From: Opitutaceae bacterium
GTDB lineage: Bacteria > Verrucomicrobiota > Verrucomicrobiia > Opitutales > Opitutaceae
Assembly (NCBI GenBank): GCA_027310745.1
Contig: DAIDAF010000013.1
Coordinates: 36,460 to 100,459, forward strand
Length of the DNA: 64,000 nucleotides
Direction of reading: 5' to 3'
Both the position numbers and the translations under genes were made by a program. Within the stretch, counting starts at the first letter, position 1; every line of letters starts with the position of its first letter. Shown here in pieces: positions 54,274 through 62,759 of the stretch. The notes beneath the pieces are model-generated. The model did no database searches, had not been told where the DNA came from, and was given only the letters and a program-made list of their open reading frames with translations.

Positions 54274-55764
54274 ATGAGCTCGTCGCCCTCCGATCTCTCA
54301 AAGCTTCCCAAGTGGCCCTTTCTCCTGGCGGATGCTGCGCTCGTCGCAACCGCATTTGTCATCGCCTGGCACCGGACCGGCCCCTTGTCGGGTGTTCCCC
54401 TTGTGTCTGTCGTCATCTGCATCGTGATGGCGGCGATCCTTTGCGCCATCCCCTTTCTTGTCGATTACGCGCGCAGCGAGCGCGAGGAGCTGGACGAGCG
54501 CCAGCGGGGCCTGGAGGCGCTCGCGAGGACGACCGGGGCGACCGCCGAGCAGGTGAGCATCGCGGCCCAGGCGCTGGCGGGAATGGCTGACCAGTCGAAA
54601 TCGCTTCTCACCCTGATCGAGCGCGCCGCGGCCAAGCTGGACGAGCGCGTATCCGATCTCCAACAACAGTTGGCGGCCGGTAAGGACGAAGAGGTGGAGA
54701 CGCTCGAGCGGGAGCTGTCCGCTCTGCGCGACTCCGAGGCGGGGAGGCTGGAGACCGCCGCGGATAAAATCCACAAGGCGGCGACCGATCTTGCACGGGT
54801 TGAGGCGAGTGCGGCGAAGCATGCCGCTGCGGCGCACGAGGCGCTCGACAAGCTGGCGGCTGTGGGGCCCAACGCCGCACAACAGATCACCCGTCAGGCC
54901 GAGACCGCATCGTCGTCGGTCAGCCGTGCCATTGCCCAGGCTCAGGCGGAGGCCTCCGCTGCACTGGAATCTGAGCAGAGGCGACTGTCGCAGACCTTTC
55001 GCGAGTCCACGGAGGGCGGTGTCGCAGCACTCGAGCGCCGCATTGAGGCGCTCGCGCTCGTGCTCCAGGAAAACGTCGGCACGCTTGCACAGGTAGCGGA
55101 ACGGCTGTGCGCTGCGGTGGCATCGGCTGAAGGAGTGAAGCCGGAGACGGCCCCGGAGCATCGAACTGCGCGGAAGGCGAATTCCTCGCGGCCCGCGGTG
55201 GCGCCGAGTCCGGAACCGGCATCGGTTGCGGAAGGGGCGTCCGTTGCAGCCCCCGAGAGTCCGGCGAATCCGGCGCCGGCCGAGACCGTCGAGACGGTGG
55301 TTGACGATCCGTCCCCGGTCGTCGCGGCCGAACCAATCGTCCCGCCCGTTGACGACCCGGTGGAGGATGCGCCGGCCCCGGCCCCCAATCCGGCACCGGT
55401 CGAAGAGGAGGCAGCCGAACTGCCGCTCGAGCCCACGCCGTCGGATGATGGTGTGGATCAATCCACCTTGGAGGAAAGCGCACCGGCCTATTCGGTCTCG
55501 GCGGACGGCGCCACGCGGCTGATCGTCACCGCCTACATCGGAATCGGGAACCGGCTTTACGTTCGCGGCGAGGGTCCCGGCCTCAGCTGGGACAAAGGAC
55601 TGCCGCTTCAATTCGTGTCGATCGGCAAGTGGCGGTGGGAGAGTGCCGACGCCTCCGCGCCTGTGAAGATCAAGCTTCTAAAGAACGACCAGACTGAGTG
55701 CGGCTCGCTGGGGGAGATCGTCATTGAACCAGGCCAGCAGGCGGAAGTGACGGCGGCATTCTGA
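54274..55764 (+). CDS. Hypothetical membrane-anchored coiled-coil protein with a Pro/Ala-rich linker and a C-terminal beta domain
   Basis: 496 aa. Two N-terminal TM helices, then ~250 aa of Ala/Glu/Gln-rich helical sequence and a ~110-aa P/A/E/V-rich linker. The last ~95 aa are beta-rich (RLYVRGEGPGLSWDKGLPLQF...KIKLLKND). Confidence 0.65.
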   Translation: MSSSPSDLSKLPKWPFLLADAALVATAFVIAWHRTGPLSGVPLVSVVICIVMAAILCAIPFLVDYARSEREELDERQRGLEALARTTGATAEQVSIAAQALAGMADQSKSLLTLIERAAAKLDERVSDLQQQLAAGKDEEVETLERELSALRDSEAGRLETAADKIHKAATDLARVEASAAKHAAAAHEALDKLAAVGPNAAQQITRQAETASSSVSRAIAQAQAEASAALESEQRRLSQTFRESTEGGVAALERRIEALALVLQENVGTLAQVAERLCAAVASAEGVKPETAPEHRTARKANSSRPAVAPSPEPASVAEGASVAAPESPANPAPAETVETVVDDPSPVVAAEPIVPPVDDPVEDAPAPAPNPAPVEEEAAELPLEPTPSDDGVDQSTLEESAPAYSVSADGATRLIVTAYIGIGNRLYVRGEGPGLSWDKGLPLQFVSIGKWRWESADASAPVKIKLLKNDQTECGSLGEIVIEPGQQAEVTAAF

Positions 55765-55817
55765 GACGCCCTCAGGGCTTGCGTCGGCCGCGGCTCCCGC
55801 GTGTGGTCAGCGCGGTC

Positions 55818-56411
55818 ATGCCGCGTTTCATCCTTGCCTCCGCCTCCCCCCGCCGTCGCGAACTGCTCGAGTCCGCAGGGTTCGTGTTCGATATCCAGGC
55901 GGCAGGGGTGGTCGAGCACGAGGATCCCGAGACGGATCCGCGCGTCATGGTCGCCCACAATGCAGCGCTGAAGGCGGATTGGGTGGCCGAGCGGAACCCG
56001 GAGGCGGTGGTGCTCGGCGCCGACACGACGGTGTTCATCGACGGGCACGCTTTGAACAAGCCGGCGGACCTGGATGACGCCCGGTGCATGCTTCGCCGGC
56101 TGTGCGGGCGTACCCACACGGTTCATACCGGCCTCGCGATCCGCCAGCGAAGCTCCGGGCTTGCGCTGGACGGCGGCGTGTCCACGGCAGTCCGCTTCAA
56201 ACCCTTCGACGAGGCCACGCTCGAGGCCTACCTGAAGGTGGCGCACGTGCTCGACAAGGCGGGCGCGTACGGAATCCAGGAGCACGGAGAACTGATCGTG
56301 GAAGGCTACGATGGCTCGTATTCGAACATCGTGGGCCTCCCTGTCGATGAAACGTGCAGATTGCTCGCAAAAGCAGGGCTATATCCAGGTAGTCAACGAA
56401 TTACCACGTGA
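55818..56411 (+). CDS. maf: Maf-family nucleoside-triphosphate pyrophosphatase
   Basis: ATG at 55818 (MPRFILASASPRRRELL). GADTVV and KAGAYGIQ motifs. Confidence 0.9.
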   Translation: MPRFILASASPRRRELLESAGFVFDIQAAGVVEHEDPETDPRVMVAHNAALKADWVAERNPEAVVLGADTTVFIDGHALNKPADLDDARCMLRRLCGRTHTVHTGLAIRQRSSGLALDGGVSTAVRFKPFDEATLEAYLKVAHVLDKAGAYGIQEHGELIVEGYDGSYSNIVGLPVDETCRLLAKAGLYPGSQRITT

Positions 56412-56558
56412 GTGATGGATCTTCGGGAAACCGCTGTTGCGACGACTTCGTCTTCTTCGGGATTGCCTTTGCGGAAACGGGAGAAAAATCGAACAGACGC
56501 GACCTCGCTCGGTCAAACCCTGCGACTTTGCGCCCGTTGAACGCTATTCCACAACAAC

Positions 56559-57683
56559 ATGACCACCATCGTCCCTGAACCGCCACCGGCAAAGCGCCGC
56601 AACGAGCGCCGCCGTTTCGTGCCCCGGCTCTCGGACGACCCGGACACGCGTTCGATTCAGGTGGGCATTGTTGCGACACTGATCGTGCACCTGCTGCTGG
56701 TCGTGCTGATTCCAAAGCACCTCGGAAGCGATGTGACCGGCAAATTCAAGCCCCGCCAGCATCCGATCGACCAGCAATTCAACATTCAGCTCACGCCCGA
56801 GGAGGTTCGGCAGCCAAAGCCGCCGCAGCCGAAAAACTACGTCGAGACCAATCCCAACGCTCCGTCGAACACTCCGGACAAGACCAACAATTTTGCCGCG
56901 CAGAACCAGCAGGCGGCGCAGCCCAAGCCCTCGAAGCATCCCACGGGTGACCGGCCGGACCGGGTGAGCGACAAGAAGGTAATTTCGAACCAGGTGGTCT
57001 CGGGCCAGCTGATCAAACCGCAGCCCCTGGTGCTGGCGCCGCCGCCGGAGCCCAAGATCAAGGTGAACCAGGCGGTGAAGAAGCAGGCCGCCCGCGAACA
57101 GAATCCGCTGCCGGGCGTCGACAAGCTGGTCGGCGAGGACCAAAACGGGATCGGCACGAACATCGCGAAGGCTTCGACAAATCCCCGCGATGTGCCGAAG
57201 CAGGTGAAGGGCACGCCGGACGCGCCGCTGATCGAGGGCGTGCTGGGGCCCATCACGATCGACCCGAGGCATCCGATGCCGCGTCCGCATCTCGACCAGA
57301 TCCGCACGCGCCCGGCGGTTTTCCAGGACAACAAATTCGGCACGTCGAACATCGGCCTGGCGGCGATCGACGCGCGCTGGAGTGCCTGGGGGCAGTATCT
57401 TCGCGAGCTGACCGAGACGGTCCAGGTGCAGTGGGACAAGCTGCTGATGGATGCGAAGACCTATCCGGCGCAGGGATCGTCCGTGAGCGTGACGTTCATT
57501 TTGAAGAGCGACGGCACCATTGGGAACATCGTCAATGTGCAGAGCGACACGGCAGGCAGGCAGGGCAAGGACTACTGCGTGGCGGCGATCACGCTTCCGG
57601 CGCCCTATGACAAATGGTCGAAGGACATGATCGCGACGCTGGGCGACCAGCAGCAGATGACCTTCGTGTTCTACTACCAGTGA
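56559..57683 (+). CDS. TonB-family protein (N-terminal anchor, Pro/Gln-rich spacer, TonB_C-like domain)
   Basis: 374 aa. One TM segment (IVATLIVHLLLVVLI), a P/K/Q-rich middle and a C-terminal VSVTFILKSDGTIGNIVNV pattern. Confidence 0.55.
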   Translation: MTTIVPEPPPAKRRNERRRFVPRLSDDPDTRSIQVGIVATLIVHLLLVVLIPKHLGSDVTGKFKPRQHPIDQQFNIQLTPEEVRQPKPPQPKNYVETNPNAPSNTPDKTNNFAAQNQQAAQPKPSKHPTGDRPDRVSDKKVISNQVVSGQLIKPQPLVLAPPPEPKIKVNQAVKKQAAREQNPLPGVDKLVGEDQNGIGTNIAKASTNPRDVPKQVKGTPDAPLIEGVLGPITIDPRHPMPRPHLDQIRTRPAVFQDNKFGTSNIGLAAIDARWSAWGQYLRELTETVQVQWDKLLMDAKTYPAQGSSVSVTFILKSDGTIGNIVNVQSDTAGRQGKDYCVAAITLPAPYDKWSKDMIATLGDQQQMTFVFYYQ

Positions 57684-58435
57684 GCGAAGGCGTGCCTAGT
57701 GTGCCGGGTCCGGACCTCCCGCTGGGCGACGGCGTGGCACTTCTGGTACGCGACGCCTCCGGCCTGATGGCCTTTGCGAAGCCGGCGGGAGTGCTGTCGC
57801 ATCCAAATTCCCGAGACGACATCGAGCGTGCGCTGGTGCGTGCGCCGTATTCCCTCGAGCGTGAATGCTACGAAGGTGCCTCCGGGGGCCGGCTGTGGCT
57901 GCTCAACCGGCTGGATTCGGCGACGTCGGGCGTGATCCTCGCCGCGGACAGCGCGGGGCTGGCGTCGGCGATTCGTGAACAGTTTCGTCGCAAGACGGTG
58001 CGGAAGATCTACAACGCGCTCGTATTTGGCGCGCCGTCGGTTCCGGCGCAGGTGTGGCGGGACCGTCTGGCGGTGGACAAACGCGGCGGGAAGATCCGGA
58101 CGAGCGGCGCGGGAAACATTCCCTGCGAGAGTCGCATGCAGCTCCTCCGCCGACGCCGCGGGCAGCCTCTCCTGTCGCTGATCCGCCTGGAGCCGCGCAC
58201 GGGGCGCAGTCACCAGCTGCGGGTGCAATGTGCGCTCCACGGACTTCCGATCGTGGGCGATGCGACCTATGGTGATTTTGGCGCGAACCGGCTCCTGGCG
58301 AAAGCGACCGGGCAGAAGCGCCTGTTCCTGCACTCGCTCGAGACGGCCTTCGAGTACGAGTGGGACGGACGGACCCACCGGTTCGAGGCTCAGGCGCCGC
58401 TCCCGGGGGAGTTTTCGGCGCTGCTCGAGGGCTGA
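57680..58435 (+). CDS. RluA-family pseudouridine synthase
   Basis: The likely GTG start at 57680 forms a GTGA overlap with the upstream stop. LNRLDSATSGVIL (catalytic Asp) and GRSHQLRV motifs. Confidence 0.8.
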   Translation: MSEGVPSVPGPDLPLGDGVALLVRDASGLMAFAKPAGVLSHPNSRDDIERALVRAPYSLERECYEGASGGRLWLLNRLDSATSGVILAADSAGLASAIREQFRRKTVRKIYNALVFGAPSVPAQVWRDRLAVDKRGGKIRTSGAGNIPCESRMQLLRRRRGQPLLSLIRLEPRTGRSHQLRVQCALHGLPIVGDATYGDFGANRLLAKATGQKRLFLHSLETAFEYEWDGRTHRFEAQAPLPGEFSALLEG

Positions 58436-58441
58436 CGACCC

Positions 58442-59377
58442 TCAGAATCGGGTCATGTTGATGAGCGCGCGAAAGCGCTTGTCGATCTCCGGGCGTCCCG
58501 CGGCGGACAGGGCCTTCACGCTGAAGCTCTCGCAGGTGAAGCTCGCGGTGGCGGAGGCGAAGGCGAGCGCCTTCTTGAGGGCGCCGAAGTCGGTGCGGTT
58601 CGTCACGGCCATGTAGCCGGTAAGCGCCCCGGCGAAACTGTCGCCCGCGCCGGTGGGATCGACCAGTTTCTCGATCGGGTAGGCGGGGACGACGAAGTGT
58701 CCGGCGAGGTGGAACAGCAGCGCGCCGTGGGCGCCCTGTTTGATGACGACGATGGAGGGGCCCATCTTGCGGAGGGCCGGCCCGGCCCGGTAAGGATTGT
58801 CCTCGCCGGTGAGCAGCTGGGCCTCCTCGTCATTGATGACGAGCATATCGATCCGCTTGAAGACCTGCATCAGGTCGTCGTGGGCGGTCTTGATCCAGTG
58901 GTCGAAGGTGTCTGCGAGGAAGAAGGGGCGCTTGGGACGCGTATTCATCTGCTCGATGACGTGGAGTTGGAGCGAGGGCTGGATCGCTCCGAGCATCACG
59001 TAGGGCGTGGCGCGATACGAGGCGGGGATGGAGGGCGAGAAGCGCTCGAAGCAGTTGAGGCCGAGGTCGAGCGTGTCGCGGCCGGCGAATTTCGCGCGGT
59101 AGCGGCCGGACCAAGTGAACGTCTTGCGCTCGCGATCGACCTCGAGGCCGTCGAGGTCGATGTGATGCGACTTGTAGAGCGCGATGTGCTCGTTGGGGAA
59201 GTCCTTGCCGACGACGCCGACGAGGCGGGTCGGCGCGAAGAAGCTGCTGGCGACGGAGGCGTAGCTGGCCGCGCCTCCGAGGACGAGCGGGCTCTGGGCG
59301 TCCGGCGTGGCGACGCGATCGAGAGCGATCGAGCCGACGATCATCGTGTACTTGGCGGAGAGAGGATAGACTTCCAT
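58442..59377 (-). CDS. PfkB-family carbohydrate/nucleoside kinase
   Basis: 311 aa. DPTGAGDSFAGAL anion-hole motif and LVINDEEAQLL. Confidence 0.85.
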   Translation of the reverse strand: MEVYPLSAKYTMIVGSIALDRVATPDAQSPLVLGGAASYASVASSFFAPTRLVGVVGKDFPNEHIALYKSHHIDLDGLEVDRERKTFTWSGRYRAKFAGRDTLDLGLNCFERFSPSIPASYRATPYVMLGAIQPSLQLHVIEQMNTRPKRPFFLADTFDHWIKTAHDDLMQVFKRIDMLVINDEEAQLLTGEDNPYRAGPALRKMGPSIVVIKQGAHGALLFHLAGHFVVPAYPIEKLVDPTGAGDSFAGALTGYMAVTNRTDFGALKKALAFASATASFTCESFSVKALSAAGRPEIDKRFRALINMTRF

Positions 59378-59463
59378 GAACGAGAGATCCCCGCCGGGGC
59401 GGGGATGCTTGACGAGGCTTTCGAGGGGATCGGGCGAAGGGCGCCCGGGGCTCGAGCGGCGAC

Positions 59464-59847
59464 TCAGTCGGTGAGGATCAGGTTGGTGACGAGCAGCGTT
59501 TCGCCGTCGACCTCGACGACGATGGAGTACTCGCCAGGCTTAGGGAAGGAAAGATTGGCGACCTCGTTGATGAGGTTGACGCGCTGGAGCGGGTCCTGGG
59601 CCTGGAAGGGGCGTTCCATCAGCGGCGTGACGTTCGAGGGGTTCATGCCCATCGAGATCTTAAGCTTGTGCTCTCCGCTGGTGCAGCCGGTGACCGTGAT
59701 GAACCAGACCATGAAGGGGTAGGTCATGGGGTAACGGGCGGAGCGGATGTGGGAAAACGCGCCGAGGATCGTGTGTTTGCCGGTGAGCGGGTCGATATGG
59801 ACCGCGTCGCAGGTGATCCAGGCCAGAAGGCAGGGTTTGTCTTTCAT
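59464..59847 (-). CDS. Hypothetical small beta-rich protein
   Basis: 127-aa ORF with an ATG start and typical codon bias. I recognise no catalytic motif. Confidence 0.55.
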   Translation of the reverse strand: MKDKPCLLAWITCDAVHIDPLTGKHTILGAFSHIRSARYPMTYPFMVWFITVTGCTSGEHKLKISMGMNPSNVTPLMERPFQAQDPLQRVNLINEVANLSFPKPGEYSIVVEVDGETLLVTNLILTD

Positions 59848-59930
59848 CGCGGGCAGAGTTGGAGCAGAGCGGCGTGCCGGATCAAATCATTTTGCTTGGA
59901 CGCGCGCGGGGGCTTTGCGAGCGTCGGGCG

Positions 59931-60122
59931 ATGGATTGGATACGCCCCATGGTCAACTCGCTCGGCGAGTATCCGCTCTGGTTCGTGGTGCTGTGCACCG
60001 GACTGGTGGTCGGGGGCCTGGTGCAGCTGGTGTTCAAGCTGCTGAAATGGGCCTTGATCGTGGCGATTGCCGCAGTGGTGCTGGCCGCGATTGCGGTGGC
60101 CTTCCTGCACGCCTTCAGGTGA
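59931..60122 (+). CDS. Possible small two-TM membrane protein
   Basis: 63 aa from the ATG at 59931 (the track ORF starts at 59859). Two hydrophobic helices. Weak evidence. Confidence 0.35.
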   Translation: MDWIRPMVNSLGEYPLWFVVLCTGLVVGGLVQLVFKLLKWALIVAIAAVVLAAIAVAFLHAFR

Positions 60123-60196
60123 GGCTCGGATCCGGGCTGGGAAAACCTTGACGCGGGTCAAAGCGGCCCGGTGGGCGGCCTGCTAGGCTTGCGGGC

Positions 60197-60580
60197 ATGA
60201 CAGCAACGCTCCCGATCGAACCAAATGTGGCGCAGGCGCTCGCCCTTGGCGACCTGCTGCAATACGCGGATGCCGGCATCGTGAGCCGGACCCTGTACAC
60301 GAGCGACACCCTGCGCGTCGTCCTGTTTGCGTTTGCCCCGGGGCAGGAGCTCACGGAGCACACGAACGGGCGTCGCGCGCTGGTGCAGGTGATCGCGGGG
60401 CGCTGCCAGTTCAAGTTCAACGACCGCTGGGAGTGGCTGGAGCAAGGGGCGCTCCTGCATCTTCCGCCGCGACACCCGCATGCGCTCAAGGCGACCGACG
60501 GCCGATGTGCGCTACTGCTCACGCTGCACGGCGAGCCCGAGTCGGCGGAGACGGGTAGCTCAACGGAATCGAACGCCTGA
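60197..60580 (+). CDS. Cupin-domain protein
   Basis: 127 aa. GQELTEHTNGRRALVQVIAG...LHLPPRHPHAL fits the cupin_2 two-motif pattern. Confidence 0.75.
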   Translation: MTATLPIEPNVAQALALGDLLQYADAGIVSRTLYTSDTLRVVLFAFAPGQELTEHTNGRRALVQVIAGRCQFKFNDRWEWLEQGALLHLPPRHPHALKATDGRCALLLTLHGEPESAETGSSTESNA

Positions 60581-60589
60581 TTTTTTCTC

Positions 60590-61132
60590 ATGAACACGAC
60601 CGAACCCACTCCTCACGCGTCGGACCGATTCGACGCTCGCGAAATCCCGTGCAGCATCAAGCATGGCCTGATCATGGAACAATGGCGCCTGCTCAAACCC
60701 GGACGCAGCTTTGTCCTGGTGAACGACCATGATCCGATCCCGCTCTACTACCAGTTCTCGGCGCTGTTTCCCGGCGAGTTTGACTGGACCTACGAGGATC
60801 GCGGGCCCGACGTCTTCGCGGTGCGGATCGCCCGTCGGGCGGAGGGCGACGTTGGGGCTCCGACGTTCACGCCCGAGCAGGGTGCGCGGACGCACTGCGG
60901 CGAGGCAAAGACCGTGGAGACCGTGGATGTCGATGCGCGGGGGCTGGAGCCGCCGGAGCCGATGATGCGGATCCTTTCCGCGATTTCGAACCTGCCCAGG
61001 AACAAAGTCCTGAGGGCGCTTACCGACCGGAAGCCGGTGCATCTGATCGCCGAGCTGGAGTCGCAGCGATTCACGGTTGCGAGTGAGGAGAACCCTGATG
61101 GCAGCTGGCTTAACAGCATCTCGCGCGCCTGA
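60590..61132 (+). CDS. Tandem DUF2249-domain protein
   Basis: 180 aa. The first half (FVLVNDHDPIPLYYQFSALFPGEFDWTYEDRGPDVFAVRI) and the second half (DARGLEPPEPMMRIL...) both match my recollection of DUF2249. It starts 9 nt after the cupin gene. Confidence 0.7.
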   Translation: MNTTEPTPHASDRFDAREIPCSIKHGLIMEQWRLLKPGRSFVLVNDHDPIPLYYQFSALFPGEFDWTYEDRGPDVFAVRIARRAEGDVGAPTFTPEQGARTHCGEAKTVETVDVDARGLEPPEPMMRILSAISNLPRNKVLRALTDRKPVHLIAELESQRFTVASEENPDGSWLNSISRA

Positions 61133-61172
61133 GGTCCGGGCGGCCGCTCCGGTGGCGCCTCGTCCAGGACCG

Positions 61173-62450
61173 ATGGCCACGCAGGCGACGCTGTCGCTCG
61201 CGTGGTTCGGCCTCGCGGGCGCGTGGCTGCTGGCAGCGCCGCTGCTCGGCCTCGTGCATGCGGCCGCGTTCCTCGACGGAGCATCGGATCCGCGCATCCT
61301 GGCACTCACCCATGCGTGGGTGCTGGGGTTCCTCGGAAGCGCGACCTTTGGCGGAATCTATCAGCTTCTGTCAGTTGCGGTGGGAGAGGAGCTGGCCTGG
61401 CCGAGGCTCGCGTGGATACACGGAGTGCTGCACGCGACGGGAGTGCCGGTGATGGTGGTGGGATTTCTCCGCGGGAATTTCGCGTGGGTGGCGGCGGGAG
61501 GTGCGCTCGTGGCGACGGGGGCGCTATCGGCGTCGCTGAACATGGCCGTGACGATTGCGAGGGCGCGCACAAAGGATGCGGTGGCCTGGGCCTTTGGTTT
61601 CGCGGCCTTCTGGCTCGGCACGACGGTGGTGGCGGGGTTCCTGCTGGCGTTGAATCGGGTGCATCCGATCCTGCCGGGGAACAGCGCGACGTGGCTGAAG
61701 GTGCATGCGCACATGGGGATCGTAGGGTTCTACGTGACGTTGCTTCAGGGCGCGGCGTTCAGACTGCTTCCGATGTTCACGCTCGGGGACGTGAAAAACT
61801 GGATGCGCGTGGCGTCGGGCCTGGGGCACACGCAGGCGGGGCTGATCGGACTGATTTTTGCGCTGGCGGAGGACATTCCCGTCGCGCGTGTGGTGTTTGG
61901 GGCGACGATCGCGATGGGGCTGGCGATGAGCGCGGCCGAGGCGTGGTCGGTCGTCAGGAGCCGGCGGAAGCGGATGCTGGACACGGGAGTGCGCGCCTTT
62001 CTTGCGGGAGGGGGCGCACTGGCTGCGGCCTGGGTGCTTGGCATCGTACTGGCGGCGTGGCCGGGGGCGGGGGACGCGTTTTCGATGAATGGCGAGGTGG
62101 CCTACGGATTCCTGGCGATCGTCGGGGCGCTGGCGCTTGCGATCGGAGGAATGATGCTGAAGATCGTGCCGTTCCTCGTGTGGATGCGGCGTTATGGCCC
62201 GGTGATCGGTCGGGAGCCGGTGCCGCTGGCCTCGAAGCTGCCGTCGCCGGCGCTGGAGCGTGCCTGGTTTGAGCTACATCTCCTCGGCCTCGTCCTGGTG
62301 CTCCTGGGGCTTGCGCGGTCTGAGGCTTCCTGGCTGGTGGCGGGCTGGGCGGCGATCCTCGCCGCCTCGCTGGCGAGCCTCGCCAATCACGGACGGGTCG
62401 CAGCGCACCTCTGGCGGCGCGGGCGGCCGTTGGACGAATCACTCTTATGA
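61173..62450 (+). CDS. Polytopic His-rich membrane protein with an internal duplication (NnrS-like)
   Basis: ORF trimmed to the ATG at 61173 (425 aa) with about 12 TM segments. The repeated motif is THAWVLGFLG...YQLLSV versus VHAHMGIVGF...FRLLPM. Confidence 0.65.
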   Translation: MATQATLSLAWFGLAGAWLLAAPLLGLVHAAAFLDGASDPRILALTHAWVLGFLGSATFGGIYQLLSVAVGEELAWPRLAWIHGVLHATGVPVMVVGFLRGNFAWVAAGGALVATGALSASLNMAVTIARARTKDAVAWAFGFAAFWLGTTVVAGFLLALNRVHPILPGNSATWLKVHAHMGIVGFYVTLLQGAAFRLLPMFTLGDVKNWMRVASGLGHTQAGLIGLIFALAEDIPVARVVFGATIAMGLAMSAAEAWSVVRSRRKRMLDTGVRAFLAGGGALAAAWVLGIVLAAWPGAGDAFSMNGEVAYGFLAIVGALALAIGGMMLKIVPFLVWMRRYGPVIGREPVPLASKLPSPALERAWFELHLLGLVLVLLGLARSEASWLVAGWAAILAASLASLANHGRVAAHLWRRGRPLDESLL

Positions 62451-62749
62451 TCACCGAAGAAGCCGTGCGCGTCGTGCTGACCGAGATACTCGATCCGGAG
62501 TACGGCATCTCGATCGTCGAACTGGGGATGCTGACTCACGTCGACATCCAGGGAGGCGAGGTCCACGTGGGCCTCACGCTGACGACTCCGTCGTGTCCTG
62601 CGGGCAACGTGATTCTCGAGGGAGCGCGCTCCGCGCTCGCGGCGATGCCCGGAGTGGAGACTGCGGACGTCTATCTGGCCTGGGACCCGCCCTGGACGCC
62701 GGACCGACTCTCGACGACGGCGCGGCGCCAGCTCGGTTGGGAAGGGTAG
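62447..62749 (+). CDS. DUF59 / MIP18-family Fe-S assembly protein (SufT/PaaD-like)
   Basis: 100 aa. VLTEILDPEYGISIVELGML...LTLTTPSCPAG is the DUF59 signature. ATGA overlap with the upstream gene. Confidence 0.85.
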   Translation: MITEEAVRVVLTEILDPEYGISIVELGMLTHVDIQGGEVHVGLTLTTPSCPAGNVILEGARSALAAMPGVETADVYLAWDPPWTPDRLSTTARRQLGWEG

Positions 62750-62759
62750 GCGCCGGGGC

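Noticed and set aside
52110-54590. 826-aa plus-strand ORF, the longest in the track
   Set aside because: It lies antisense to a complete CopA-type ATPase with all P-type motifs. The composition is dominated by R/G/D/A/P and I recognise no domain.
54298-55611. 437-aa minus-strand ORF opposite the 496-aa hypothetical gene
   Set aside because: Neither strand has a known family. The plus-strand product has coherent architecture (TM helices, amphipathic helices, a beta domain). The minus-strand product is Arg/Gly/Leu/Cys-rich and reads as nonsense.
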